Source: Sedimentisphaerales bacterium | GTDB taxonomy: Bacteria; Planctomycetota; Phycisphaerae; Sedimentisphaerales; SM23-30 | Direction of reading: 5' to 3' | DNA length: 64,000 bases | NCBI GenBank assembly: GCA_963663805.2 | Contig: CAXXMR010000012.1 | Coordinates: 224,001-288,000, forward strand | Shown: positions 28,501-39,690 of the stretch, piece after piece | How the letters are laid out: every line of letters begins with the position of its first letter | How positions within the stretch are numbered: the first letter of the stretch is position 1 | Translations under genes and position numbers: made by a program | The notes under the pieces: model-generated | Database searches by the model: none | What the model saw: only the letters and a program-made list of their open reading frames with translations | What the model was told of the DNA's origin: nothing

Positions 28501-30515
28501 AGGCTGAATCCCCACCGGCCTTGCCCATATAGTAGCTGTACAAACTCACTACCACCGAACCATCGCCGGGCACCTCTTTAGCAAGCTCAGCCAAAGATGC
28601 CATCCGCTTTTCAATATCCTCGATAGACATACCGCGCAGCTTGCGAGCTTCAGAGTCATCACCTTCCAGACGAGAAACCGTCTCCGACGCCCGCCTTGAA
28701 ATCACCCAGTTTTAGCTGAGCCTGAGCCTTGACCTTCAGTATCTCATTAAGTGAACCAGCCTGCCCCTGATTGGCAAACGCCTCCTCATATTCGTTTATC
28801 AGACGAATAAGATTTTCCATATTATTACGACCGGGAAACTTGAGCGCTTCCCGCATGTACATCAAAAACACCTTGGGGGTACGTACGCCATATTCCTGAA
28901 TCGCAGAACCAGCATAATCAACCGCCAGAGACGTATGACCCGACTCACCCAGCAGCTCGCTCAGCATAACCTTGACCCTGCCATCGGCGCGACCTTCGTC
29001 TGCCTGCTTCTTATCGGCAAGATACAAATCACGAATCGCCTCATCCACATCACCTTCAGACCAGGCAACCAAACCTTCAGCCTTTAGGGTGATAGCCAGG
29101 TCTTTGCCCAAACGGTCAACCATTTCATCGCGACAAGATATAGCGACAGTCTTATATTTATCACTTTCGACGCCTTCGGTTTCACGACACAGTACCGTCG
29201 AAACTTCGATAGTCTTATCCAGAATCATAAAACGTATATTACGCCGACTGAATTGCTCCGGACCACTCTGGGAATTCATCGACTTCAAATACAAGCCTTC
29301 ACGCAACAGAGAAAACGCCGTAACTAAATCATCACTATCATCGGCTGACGACTCAGCCCGAACCTGATGGAGATTAGCCAGATTCAAATACAATTCCGCG
29401 TTTTCCTTGTCGCGAGCAATCGCTTCCCGATACGAAGCCATCGCCGGGGCCAAATCGCTTATTTGACGAACTCCCAAACGTTCAATCTGGGCCGCCGCCT
29501 TAAAGAAGCGGCCGTCTTCGGGAAATTTACTGATTATCTGGTCCAGCTCACCCAAAACTTCCTGTTTTACCGCACGAAGTTCCTCGCGAGCAGCCTCAGT
29601 ATTATTACTGCCGGTCGATTTAGATGCCGCCAGATTCGCTTTACGCATCAAAACAACTTCGTACAGATTCAAATATGCCTGCGGGTCATTTTCATTCACG
29701 GCCAGACACTGACGCAAAATCATTTCCGCTTCCGACAAAGCCGCCAGTCTGTCAGGCTCACTCTTATCGTCGGCACCAGCCAAAATCCATTCGGCATACA
29801 AACGCTGACCAGCCACACTGGAACCATCAAGCTCAAGAACCTTACCTATCGCCTCACGGGCCCGCACCATACTGGCAGCAGGGTCAGCCGAAGCACCCAG
29901 CAAAGCCATCGCCATCTCCGCGTGAGCCTTCAGAATATACCCGTAACTTTCCTTGTCACCCTGAGCGATAAGCTCTTCGGACTGCTGCAAAACTTCAGAC
30001 CATAAACTTGTGTTACGACCAACGTCCTTGGCCCGCTGATAAGCTATCTCCGCCTTGGCTTTATAATTCGAATAATCCGAACGGTCCAGCCGAATCAGTT
30101 CTTCATAAATCTTGGCAATCCCGTCATAAGCGTCCAGCCGCTCAAAAACCTCTTTCATCGCCTCCAGAGCTTTGCGCTTAACTCTATCGTTACTGTTACG
30201 CGAAAATTTCACCGCGTTTTGCAACTTATTGCGGGCTTCCTTCCAGACCACCAGGGCACCCGTCTCCTTCTGCTCCTCCAGCTCGACCAGACGCTCATAA
30301 CGCTCCTGAGGGTCTTCGATACCGGCAATCTCTTCCTTATTCGCGGCATCAACGACACGACCGGATTCCATCAAGGCTAAACCTTCATCCAGATACGGCT
30401 CGGGGTCCTGAAAATAACGATGCATGACCACCAGTACCCCACCAACTAGAATCGTCATCCCCACCAGAAAAATTACCGTTAGGACCTTTTTGTTAACCTT
30501 TTTCTTCCGTGCCAT
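25534..30515 (-). CDS. Very large N-terminally anchored TPR-repeat protein (~1660 aa), split into three ORFs by two single-base frameshifts
   Basis: The ORFs 28659-30515, 26756-28705 and 25534-26796 overlap and are all TPR-like helical. N-terminal basic+TM segment and C-terminal LNNLAY / DTYA TPR motifs. The shifts lie in CCC at 28690-28692 and AAAA at 26795-26798. Confidence 0.75.
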
Positions 30516-30613
30516 CAGATTAGCTCCATTCCTGAATCAATAACCCCGGACATTAAAACCAGGGGTACCTGCCATTATGCTTCCAAATATCTCTTGCTCT
30601 GCCGCTACCTCAA

Positions 30614-31393
30614 CTATTCCAACTGCTCATTATTGGCCGCATCCCAGTCGGGCCAATGTTCCTCTATCAATACCGGCAGCAATACTTCCAACAGCTTACT
30701 AAGACCCGCCAGATTTTCTTCACGAGACATCTTGCCCGAACCGCCAAAATTGACTTCAACCTTACTGAAATAAGCATACTTATCGAAAAGGTTGTTCTGC
30801 AGCAGACGCACCTGGTCACGCGTACAGCGATAGGTCCCGTTCACCGCGAAGAAATACATTACCGTCTGCTTAGCCTCACCCAGAACCGTCTCACGATAAA
30901 CATCCAAAACCCGAACCGGCAGCTTGTCACCTTCCAACCCCAGACCGGGCAGCTTCAAATCATAATTGCCAGATTCCTTTATTAGTCCCCCACCGCCGGT
31001 ATAACACTCATCCGGAACATGCGGAACCTTGTCAGGATTACCAGTATAATATGTTATAAATAAAACCAGATTTCTATCCGGGGCCAACGCGTCAACACTG
31101 CTGTCTTCCAAACTCCATTGCAGATACTGTTCCGTGCCCAGCTCCTCGACAATCTCGTCTGGAATCGTCATCTTCAGCATAACCTGATAAGGTGCCAGTT
31201 TCGAATCATCCAGCTCGGAAAACTCCTTGCGTAAAGGCAATGCTTCTTTACGAAAATTAAGGTCCAGCCATTCAGTCGTTACTTTTAATCCACCCGCACA
31301 AACACCCAGCACTACCACACAAACGACAAAACTTGCCCGGCTGAATATCCGCTTTAACGGACGACTTACATCGTTAGTAAAACAAAAAATCAA
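30614..31393 (-). CDS. epsI: Exosortase-associated EpsI-family protein
   Basis: Directly downstream of the exosortase. N-terminal TM, LGT..YL, FITYYTG and PHVPDECY.GGG (H.P..C motif). Confidence 0.75.
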   Translation of the reverse strand: MIFCFTNDVSRPLKRIFSRASFVVCVVVLGVCAGGLKVTTEWLDLNFRKEALPLRKEFSELDDSKLAPYQVMLKMTIPDEIVEELGTEQYLQWSLEDSSVDALAPDRNLVLFITYYTGNPDKVPHVPDECYTGGGGLIKESGNYDLKLPGLGLEGDKLPVRVLDVYRETVLGEAKQTVMYFFAVNGTYRCTRDQVRLLQNNLFDKYAYFSKVEVNFGGSGKMSREENLAGLSKLLEVLLPVLIEEHWPDWDAANNEQLE

Positions 31394-32346
31394 GACTTCG
31401 ACCCTCCCACTATCAAAACGCCATCGTCACCCCCTTCATCTTCGCGTTCTTCCTCAAACAGATTGTTCATCAGCCAGGCCAGAAGACCGTAAAGACTAAA
31501 AGCCAGTATCAGCATCACCATCCCCAAAATCGTATGCAAAGTACCCTGAGCGTATTCCGGGCCGACATATATATGTATAAGACCCGTCAGCAGAACCCGC
31601 ACCATATTACAAAAAACCGCTATCGGCACAGTACTGCAAAACAAAACTATCCGGTGAATCAGCGGACGCTTTTCCATATAGGCCATCGCCACCCCCAACG
31701 CCACAAATGCCAGCAGCAAACGCATACCGCTGCAAGCCTCAGCTACATTCAAACTAAACTCGTTGGGACCATGAGTACCGTGAATCAGAACCCCTACCGC
31801 CTGACTGTCAATATTCGGAAGCAAATCCAGAATCGTCGAAGCTACCGTCGAAGCCATCTCCCGCAGGGGCTGAGATATGCGATTATACAAACGAGCCGGC
31901 AGGGGCATCGCGAAAAACAGAAAAACTATCGGCAGTAAAACCCGATACAAAATCCGCCAGCCGCCCAGCATCAGCACAATACCCCCGATAGTACCCAGCA
32001 TCATTATCTGCTTGGGATAAGCGAAACCCTTGAAAGAACTGAACAAATAACCGCCGATACTCAAAATAATCGCCAGAAGACCCAGATAAGAGGGCTTGCC
32101 AACCATCTCCGCCAGACGCTTACGCTCCTGATAGATAAACCACAAGCTGAACAAAGGAATCATCAAACCGTGAGATTCCTTGGGAGACATCCAGCGGTCA
32201 AAAAGACGTATCAGTTCTTCACGGTAGAGCAGCACATACAGCCCCCCGCAAATTATACACATCCACACCCGGTCCCAAAACCGGTCATGACGCGCAGAAT
32301 CACCCAACGGCATCATACCCTTAGCTTTCACTTCAATTTCACTCAT
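31390..32346 (-). CDS. xrt: Exosortase (EpsH family)
   Basis: Multi-TM protein with W.....SHG..IP, VAEACSG.R (catalytic Cys), N.VR (Arg) and LH...G (His). Confidence 0.93.
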   Translation of the reverse strand: MSEIEVKAKGMMPLGDSARHDRFWDRVWMCIICGGLYVLLYREELIRLFDRWMSPKESHGLMIPLFSLWFIYQERKRLAEMVGKPSYLGLLAIILSIGGYLFSSFKGFAYPKQIMMLGTIGGIVLMLGGWRILYRVLLPIVFLFFAMPLPARLYNRISQPLREMASTVASTILDLLPNIDSQAVGVLIHGTHGPNEFSLNVAEACSGMRLLLAFVALGVAMAYMEKRPLIHRIVLFCSTVPIAVFCNMVRVLLTGLIHIYVGPEYAQGTLHTILGMVMLILAFSLYGLLAWLMNNLFEEEREDEGGDDGVLIVGGSKS

Positions 32347-32397
32347 AAATCTAATTATCCCATCGCAGCCGAACTAACCGCCGAACCCATCCTGCTA

Positions 32398-34068
32398 TTA
32401 ATGGCCGATATCCTTGTCAGCAAAGTTCCGATCATAAACAAAACCGAAACCATAAGTAAACCGGAAGCTCTGGCGAACCACTCCAATCCAGCGGGCCACC
32501 GGGTGCGAACCTACATTAATTATATCATCAGCTTTCAGAAAAATGTCAGGGGCATTGCCTTCCATAATCTTTTGCAAATTAACCCGGTATACCACTTCCT
32601 GATTTTCACCTATCCGGCGAATTACATCGCACCGGCTCGGCCAGGCCAAAGCAGTCATCGGACCTGCCGCCGCCAACGCGTGTTTCAAAGTCAGTTTACG
32701 ACCGGTCAAACTGTACGGACCAGGCCGGGCCACCTGACCCATAACATAAAACTCACCTACTGTATTATAGGGCACCTGAATATCGTCACCGGGACGAATT
32801 ATCATATTCTGCTTTAAGTCGCCGCCCCGCAACTCTTTAAGATTCACCCTCACAACCTCCTGCGTCAGACCCGCTGCCGCCAGGGCATCGCCGGTACTCT
32901 TGGCGGAAGTATCACCCGCCGGTTCCATCCAGGATTTTTCCGGCTCAGTCGGCCTCGGCTCATAGGCCTCACCGCCGCCGGAAGGAACCAGCTCAAAACG
33001 AGTGCCCCGCCGCACTAGTTTCATCGGACGCTCCGCACCAGCGTTGAGAAGCACCATTTCTTTGTCGCTTTCTTCGACTACCGAGCCAGACTCGAACCGC
33101 GTTACCGCCGTAACCACTTTGTCTGATTCCCAGCGAACCAAAGGCGGGTCAACCTTAACCACCGACATCGGGGCCACACTCTCCAGCAACTCCTTACGCT
33201 CATCAACCTTCTCAGCCGGAGCAGGCTCAACCGATTCGTCTTTCTTAATCTCATTTTGCGGTTTTTCAAACGGCATCACAATTTCCGGGGCTTCCCCTTC
33301 CATCACTGGCGGCTTGACTATAGGTGTAAATTCCTGAACCGGCTCAGGCGGGGCTGCTTCCCCAATGCCCGGTGCCAGAGGCGGAGCCGGCAAATTCTCA
33401 CCCTCCCACCACGGCTTCTCAACTTCACCCCGCGCTGCCATCTCCTGCTCCATTCGCCGGGCTAGCTCCTCAGAACTGACCGTGCGAATAACATAGGCAT
33501 AATCAGCGTTAAACTGCGGAATACCACCAGCTTGCGCCAAGGCCTGGGACAACCGGAACTCGCCCGGCTGAAGCTCATAAGTCCCCGGAGCCTGCACCGC
33601 ACCCGAAATCGAGTACACCCGCTCACGGGCAGCGACAACCACCACACTCACCTTGGGGTCACGCAAAACACTCGGACTTAGACGACCGATTATGTCGTCA
33701 GTCAACTCCAGTTCGGTACGACCAGCCCCCTGCAAAGTCCCGATGATAGGCAGAGTTATCCTGCCAGTATCAGAAACCGGCTTACGGGCGGTCCATTCCA
33801 TATTGGTGCTGAACAGCTCAAAAATGGATATATCCAGAAAATCGCCAGGCCCGATAACGTATTCACGCGGGTCAGCTATCAAATCGTCTGGCCGAGGCTC
33901 ACGAGCACCGGCAAACACTGCCGGGTCTTCATCTACCACGCCCAGATTATCCAGAATGACATTCGTCATCGGAGTCGCCCGGAACCGCCCCAAAGCAGAG
34001 GGGTCCGAACAGCCTGAACTCAGCAGTGCCGCTGACACTGCCAAACCAATAATGATTAAATAACGCAT
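32398..34068 (-). CDS. wza: Polysaccharide export lipoprotein (Wza/Poly_export + SLBB domains)
   Basis: Lipoprotein signal MRYLIIIGLAVSAALLSSGC, Y.IGPGD.L.I, G.I.LP.IG, G.V..PG.Y.L (twice) and AL..AGG. Confidence 0.85.
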   Translation of the reverse strand: MRYLIIIGLAVSAALLSSGCSDPSALGRFRATPMTNVILDNLGVVDEDPAVFAGAREPRPDDLIADPREYVIGPGDFLDISIFELFSTNMEWTARKPVSDTGRITLPIIGTLQGAGRTELELTDDIIGRLSPSVLRDPKVSVVVVAARERVYSISGAVQAPGTYELQPGEFRLSQALAQAGGIPQFNADYAYVIRTVSSEELARRMEQEMAARGEVEKPWWEGENLPAPPLAPGIGEAAPPEPVQEFTPIVKPPVMEGEAPEIVMPFEKPQNEIKKDESVEPAPAEKVDERKELLESVAPMSVVKVDPPLVRWESDKVVTAVTRFESGSVVEESDKEMVLLNAGAERPMKLVRRGTRFELVPSGGGEAYEPRPTEPEKSWMEPAGDTSAKSTGDALAAAGLTQEVVRVNLKELRGGDLKQNMIIRPGDDIQVPYNTVGEFYVMGQVARPGPYSLTGRKLTLKHALAAAGPMTALAWPSRCDVIRRIGENQEVVYRVNLQKIMEGNAPDIFLKADDIINVGSHPVARWIGVVRQSFRFTYGFGFVYDRNFADKDIGH

Positions 34069-34197
34069 AGTAAATTCCTTTTTCTCTGCGTCAGCGGCCC
34101 AGCCTTTAATTCGCCGGTCGCTCATATTCCTTTCTGTCGCCAACAGATTCATAAAATACAGACCGAGCCCGCAGACCCTAAAGCCCATATATCTGCG

Positions 34198-34226
34198 TTA
34201 TCGGGTTAAACCATAACGCCGCTTTA
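34198..34226 (-). promoter_or_regulatory. Sigma28-like promoter for wza-xrt operon
   Basis: Minus strand reads TAAAG-N16-CCCGATAA. Confidence 0.5.
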
Positions 34227-34585
34227 CGTTTTATTAACTATAACATCATTAAAAAACTATGTTTAGGTTAAACAGCATCATCCTGATAAAACCAGACTCA
34301 GACCATCCTGACCTGCCCCGCCCAGCTATCCCCATTATCAATACTGTAATCGCATGTTTAACATCTGTACAACACTATTTACCCCAACCCACCTTGGAAG
34401 TTCAAGTGTTTTAAGGCTAAAAAGCAGCGCGAATGTAACTTAAAAGGCTGTTTTTTTGGGATTTTTTGGGGGAAAAACAAGTTTTGGGACGTTTTTTAGG
34501 ATTTTTTGGGGCTTTTTCGCGAGAGCAAGCCATTCTCTATCACCTTTTTTTCCGACAGGCAGAAGGTAAAAATGAAGGGCATAAC

Positions 34586-34614
34586 TAAAGATTTTTTGCC
34601 ATTCAGGTCGATGT
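34586..34614 (+). promoter_or_regulatory. Sigma28-like promoter for acetyltransferase
   Basis: TAAAG-N16-GTCGATGT. Confidence 0.4.
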
Positions 34615-34687
34615 TAGTAAAACATTATCGGCCCTTAATTTTGACCGATATTGAAACAAAGCTTAATCACCTGAAGGGAAAAGGATT

Positions 34688-35467
34688 ATGAAAATTGCGA
34701 TTATTGGGGCAGGCGGCCACGGTCGCGTCGTTCTCGACATTCTCAAAAATAATCATCAATTTGATGTCGCTGGCTTTCTCGATAATAATTCCGCCCTGCA
34801 GCACAACCAAATTGACGGCATTGAGGTATTGGGTGATATTTCATTAATATCTGAATTTAAGCAACTTAACATCGGGGCCGCCGTCATCGCCATCGGCGAC
34901 AACCGAACCCGACAGGCCTTCGCTGAAACCCTGCAAAGCGCCGGCATATGCCTGGTCAGTGCCATCCACCCCTCAGCCAACATTGCCGATACCGCATCCA
35001 TTGGTAAAAATGTTGTTATTGCCGCTGGTTCGACCATTTGTACGCATGTGAGAATCGATGATTCAGCCATTCTCAACACCGGCTGTATTATCGACCACGA
35101 AAGCCAAATCTTACGGGCCGCCCATATCTGTCCCGGCGTTAGAATCGCCGGCCATGTCACCGTTAAGCCCGGTGCATTCGTGGGAATTGGGGCGACTATC
35201 ATCCAGGGCGTAACCATCGGCAACTCGTCGGTCGTCGGCGCCGGCGCTGTTGTACTCGAAGACGTACCCGCCCACGCGACCGTAGTCGGCGTGCCCGCCC
35301 GCATCGTCAAAGACTCTAATATCCCCGGCACCCCTGCCCGCGTGCAAGCGCCCACCCCGCTGAACACCAAAGAAATCGACCCCGCCGCAGTCCTCATCAG
35401 CCAGCCGCCCAAACGTCCCATGCGCCGCAAGCCTCAGCCGGAACTGGAAACCAGTACCAATCGCTAA
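34688..35467 (+). CDS. Sugar O/N-acetyltransferase, NeuD/PglD/EpsM family
   Basis: IIGAGGHG..V.D, AIGDN..R, IHPSA, hexapeptide repeats, NTG.IIDHE and GVPA. Confidence 0.9.
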   Translation: MKIAIIGAGGHGRVVLDILKNNHQFDVAGFLDNNSALQHNQIDGIEVLGDISLISEFKQLNIGAAVIAIGDNRTRQAFAETLQSAGICLVSAIHPSANIADTASIGKNVVIAAGSTICTHVRIDDSAILNTGCIIDHESQILRAAHICPGVRIAGHVTVKPGAFVGIGATIIQGVTIGNSSVVGAGAVVLEDVPAHATVVGVPARIVKDSNIPGTPARVQAPTPLNTKEIDPAAVLISQPPKRPMRRKPQPELETSTNR

Positions 35468-35596
35468 CCGGCTTAAACCTGCTCAAAATTATCGAGAAGC
35501 TTCCCCATGAGTTGTACCGATATTCTTCACCTAATAAGTGTCCTTTCCTAAGAAATCCCTTGCCCAGAATCGGTCCCTCAGATAATAATTAAGCGT

Positions 35597-36898
35597 ATGG
35601 TGAACTTTTCCAAGAAACTTTATCGAGGCGGCAGGCTCGGCAAATATCGGCTCCTGAAAAAGCTCGGTATCGGCGGATACTGTGAAGTCTGGAAAGCACT
35701 TGATACCGTCGAAGGACTCGAAATCGCCCTGAAAATCCCCCTCACTGACAGCAGCGGCGTCCGGGACAGCCAATCTCTTCTGCGTGAAATCAAACTGGTT
35801 TCCCAACTTCGACACCCCAATATTCTGCCGGTAAAAAACGCCGACATCATCGCCGGCCATGCCGTCATGTCGACGGAACTGGGCCAGAAATCCCTGGAAG
35901 ACTGCTCCCGCCCCATGTCGGTCGCCCGTATTATCAATATTATGGACCAGGTACTCGCTGCCCTGGCTTATGCCCATCGCCGCAAAATCATCCATTGTGA
36001 CATCACCCCCGGCAATATATTTCTGTTCTCCGAAGGCAGAGCCCTGCTGGGCGACTTTGGTATCGGCAAAACTGTTAAGGGGCGCATGGTCACCAGCGAC
36101 GATTTCGGCACCCCCGGCTACGTCGCCCCGGAACAGGCCTATGGCAAGCCTAGCTGTCGCAGCGACTGCTTTTCGGCGTCCCTGATTCTCTACGAATTTC
36201 TAACCGGCCAATTGCCCCGCTGGCCCTACGAATGGCCCATGAAGGGACATGAAAAACTTCGCACCCGGACCAATCTCGCCCTAACTGAATTCCTGCACCG
36301 TGCCCTGGCGGTCAATCCTGCCCGGAGATTCCCAGACGCCGAAAAAATGCGCCAAGCCTTCCACGACGCAATCCCGCGTAATCTCCGCAAAAAACCCAAC
36401 GTCTCTCAACATCAGCCCAAACCAAAATCATGGCAGCAGTTGCGGCGGGACAAATTCTCGGAAAAATACCTGAGAGTTCTCGGCCCCTTCCAAAAATGCC
36501 ACGACTGCGGTGAGCTAATCTCAGAATTCATGCACTGCTGTCCCTGGTGCGGCAGCGAAGCCAACCATTTCGAGTCAACCACGAGCTTTTCACATTACTG
36601 CCCCGAATGCAAACACGGCATAATGCCCGAATGGCCCTACTGCCCCTGGTGCTACAGCAAAGGATTCACCTCATTCGAACCGCGAAAGACTTCACGCACC
36701 CGATACCATGACCATTGCCGTAACTGCGGCGGCAAAACCATGCGTTTCATGCGCTATTGCCCCTGGTGTCACCATAAAATCCGCCGCCCCTGGCAGGTTC
36801 GTCCCTTCCCCGAAATATGTGCATCGTGCAACTGGTCGGTGGACACCTCATTCTGGAATTTCTGCCCCTGGTGTGCCGATAATCTCTTTACCAGATAA
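35597..36898 (+). CDS. Hanks-type Ser/Thr protein kinase with four C-terminal zinc-ribbon repeats
   Basis: LGIGGYCEV, ALK, LRHPNI, HCDITPGNI, DFG and GTPGYVAPEQ, then four CxxC-x10-CPWC units. Confidence 0.88.
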   Translation: MVNFSKKLYRGGRLGKYRLLKKLGIGGYCEVWKALDTVEGLEIALKIPLTDSSGVRDSQSLLREIKLVSQLRHPNILPVKNADIIAGHAVMSTELGQKSLEDCSRPMSVARIINIMDQVLAALAYAHRRKIIHCDITPGNIFLFSEGRALLGDFGIGKTVKGRMVTSDDFGTPGYVAPEQAYGKPSCRSDCFSASLILYEFLTGQLPRWPYEWPMKGHEKLRTRTNLALTEFLHRALAVNPARRFPDAEKMRQAFHDAIPRNLRKKPNVSQHQPKPKSWQQLRRDKFSEKYLRVLGPFQKCHDCGELISEFMHCCPWCGSEANHFESTTSFSHYCPECKHGIMPEWPYCPWCYSKGFTSFEPRKTSRTRYHDHCRNCGGKTMRFMRYCPWCHHKIRRPWQVRPFPEICASCNWSVDTSFWNFCPWCADNLFTR

Positions 36899-37054
36899 AC
36901 TGGAAACCCTAATCTCAAAAATTCAAAACAACATAAACAACGACAACAAAAATATTTAACCGCGGATTACACGGATTTTTAACGGCATCGCTTACTTACG
37001 TGCGCGGCTCTGGTAAATTGTGGCCATTTTGCGTAAAATTTCCTTTGTAAGAAA

Positions 37055-37083
37055 CTAAAACCACGCCCTCAACCAGCCGATTA
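37055..37083 (+). promoter_or_regulatory. Sigma28-like promoter for PAS sensor
   Basis: CTAAA-N16-GCCGATTA. Confidence 0.45.
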
Positions 37084-37168
37084 CTATCAATAAGGTTTGG
37101 TCGATACCCGACCAGCCCCTAAACAAGTTATCTGGACCGGGATAACATAAAGAGGTAAAGGTTTTATA

Positions 37169-39495
37169 ATGCACAGCAGTAAAAAGCAGATAAAAGAGCC
37201 CAACAATCACGCCCATGACTCTAATATGCAGGCACTGGTAAAGGCATCTAAAATTCGCAACCAAATACTTCTGCCTCTGCTGCTGGTTATTGGACTAACC
37301 GCTGTGCTGCGTATTTATTTATTACACGAAAATCTTAATCAGCAAATTAATACCGACACTCTTCAGTATTGCGAACAGGTTCATAAAAGCTGGGATTTCC
37401 TCCTCCAGAACCAGGCCGAAATGCTGCACAGCCACATCGAAAGGTTAGCTCAGGACGAAACCTTAAAGAATCTCTGGCTCCAGCAGGACCGAGAAAAGCT
37501 CACAGAATACACCATCAAAATCATGGACCATCTGCGCAGCGATTATAAATTAACCCATTTCTATCTGATTCAGCCCGACCGAACCTGTTTCCTGCGTGCT
37601 CATCAGCCGGAACGCTCTGGCGACATTATAATCAGGGAGACCATGCGTAAAGCCGCTCAGACCCAGACACTCTCCTGGGGACTCGAACTGGGGCCGCTGG
37701 GAACATTCACCCTCCGCTGCGTACACCCCTGGACTATCGACGGAAAGTTTGCAGGCTACATCGAACTGGGCATGGAAATCGAACATTTCAATCATAAACT
37801 CAAAGACCTGCTCCATTGCGAACTGGCCACCGTCATCTACAAACAACACACCACCCGCGAAAAAGTGGAAAACGGACAAAATCTGTTCGGCATCAAAAGC
37901 GACTGGAACGCCTATGATGATTTCGTCGTCTTCAATTACACAACGCCCACACCACCGACCGGACTGGCTGAACCAATCCATCAAACCAGAAACCATCAAG
38001 AGAATTTTGTATTCAGAACAAACGTTCAGGACCAGAATTACTCCTGCGGAATCGTCCCTATCCCCAACGCTGCCGGCATCAATGTCGCCAAAATGGTGGT
38101 AATGCGTAACATTACCCAGTCTCTCGCGAACAATAAGGCCCTGACCATCAAAATGGCGACTCTCACGATAGGACTGCTGGCATTACTTCTCATCCTGATG
38201 TATAAGCTGCTGGGCTCGCTCCAGAAAAAACTTGCCGAAGCCACCCACAAACTTAACAAGGAACTGGACAGTCGCATCACAATTGAACAACGCCAGAACG
38301 CTCTGCTTGCCACCATTCCCGCTTATGTATATTTCAAAGATAGCAATTTCAAATACATCATGACCAACAGACTCTTTGAAAATCAACTTAAACTCCAATC
38401 GGAAGATATTATTGGCAAAACCGATTACGATATTCTTAACAAAAATGATGCCGATAGATTCCGCAAACAAGACGAACATATTCTGCAATCAGGCCAACCC
38501 CTGATTAATCAGGAGGACGAATTCACCGTCCCGCAAGGCGGCACTATTGCCTTACGGTCATCCAAAGCCCCTTACCAGGACCGTACGGGCGAAACTATCG
38601 GTATCGTCGGCGTATCGCTTGACATTACCAAAATCAAACAGAGCGAAAAAGAAAAGCAACAGGCCATTATGCAGCTCGATAATATCCTTTCCTCCGCCAG
38701 CCGCACCGCTATCATCGCAACTGACAATTCCGGCATGATTACCCTTTTTAATTCGGGTGCAGAAAAAATGCTCGGCTTCAAAGCCGAGGAAATGCTCGGC
38801 CAAACGCCCGAAATATTTCACGACCCCGCGGAAATACTCGCCTGGGCCCAGAAGTGGAATTTCAACGGCACGGGCTTCGAGATACTTGCCCACACCCCGC
38901 CCTGAACGGCCACAACGAACCACAGGAATGGACTTACATTCGCAAAGACGGGAAAAAAATCAAGGTCGAATTAAACATAAACGCTGTCAAGGACAAAGAC
39001 GGCAATACCATCGGCTTTTTAGGCATCGCCCAGGACATTACCGACAGAACAGTCTCTCAGGAAAAGCTTCATCGAAACGAAAAACAAACCAGTGAAATCC
39101 TGAACGCGTTACCGGCAGGAGTCATAATAATAAACGCCCGGAACCACCAGATTGAATACGCTAATTCCGCGGCACTTAATATGACCGGCTATGAAAACGA
39201 AAAACTCATCGGCAAAATCTGCCACAAGGTAGTCTGCCCCAATGCCCTGGGCAACTGCCCCATAACCGACCATGGCAAAACCGTCGATAACGCCCGCAGG
39301 ACTATGGTCCGTCAGGACGGAACCGAAATCCCTATCCTCAAAACTGTCAATCGAATCAAATTCGAAGACAAAGACCTGCTTATCGAAACCTTCGTCGATA
39401 TAAGCAAAATCGAAAACACGCAGCCCCAACTGCCGGAACCGGAACTGGCAGGCTCCTGTTCAAATCCTTCGGGCGGTTGCGGTAATTGTCGATAA
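37169..39495 (+). CDS. Membrane sensor with Cache-like periplasmic domain and three PAS domains, no recognisable output domain (one frameshift near 38895)
   Basis: TM-periplasmic (CFLR.H.P...GD; GLE.G..G...LR...P)-TM, followed by PAS motifs (YFKD....Y, GKTD; IATD..G.I..FN.GAE.MLG; RKDG; CH..VC). PAS2 continues in ORF 38854-39495 after a shift in a C run. Confidence 0.75.
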
Positions 39496-39607
39496 ATACC
39501 AAACGTTTGCAAAATGACAATTTGGCATTCCCAGCCCTCTTTTTTTATTAGATAACCCCGACTCATCAAACGATGGGCCGGGGTTATTATTCTAATGGAA
39601 CTCTCAC

Positions 39608-39636
39608 TTGACAGGGCTGCCAAATGATTCTAACAT
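39608..39636 (+). promoter_or_regulatory. Sigma70 promoter for alkaline phosphatase
   Basis: TTGACA-N17-TAACAT. Confidence 0.6.
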
Positions 39637-39690
39637 TAGTTGGTTGTTAAGCTGCCAAATAGAACTCCTAGTGAGAAAAGAGGTTATTAT

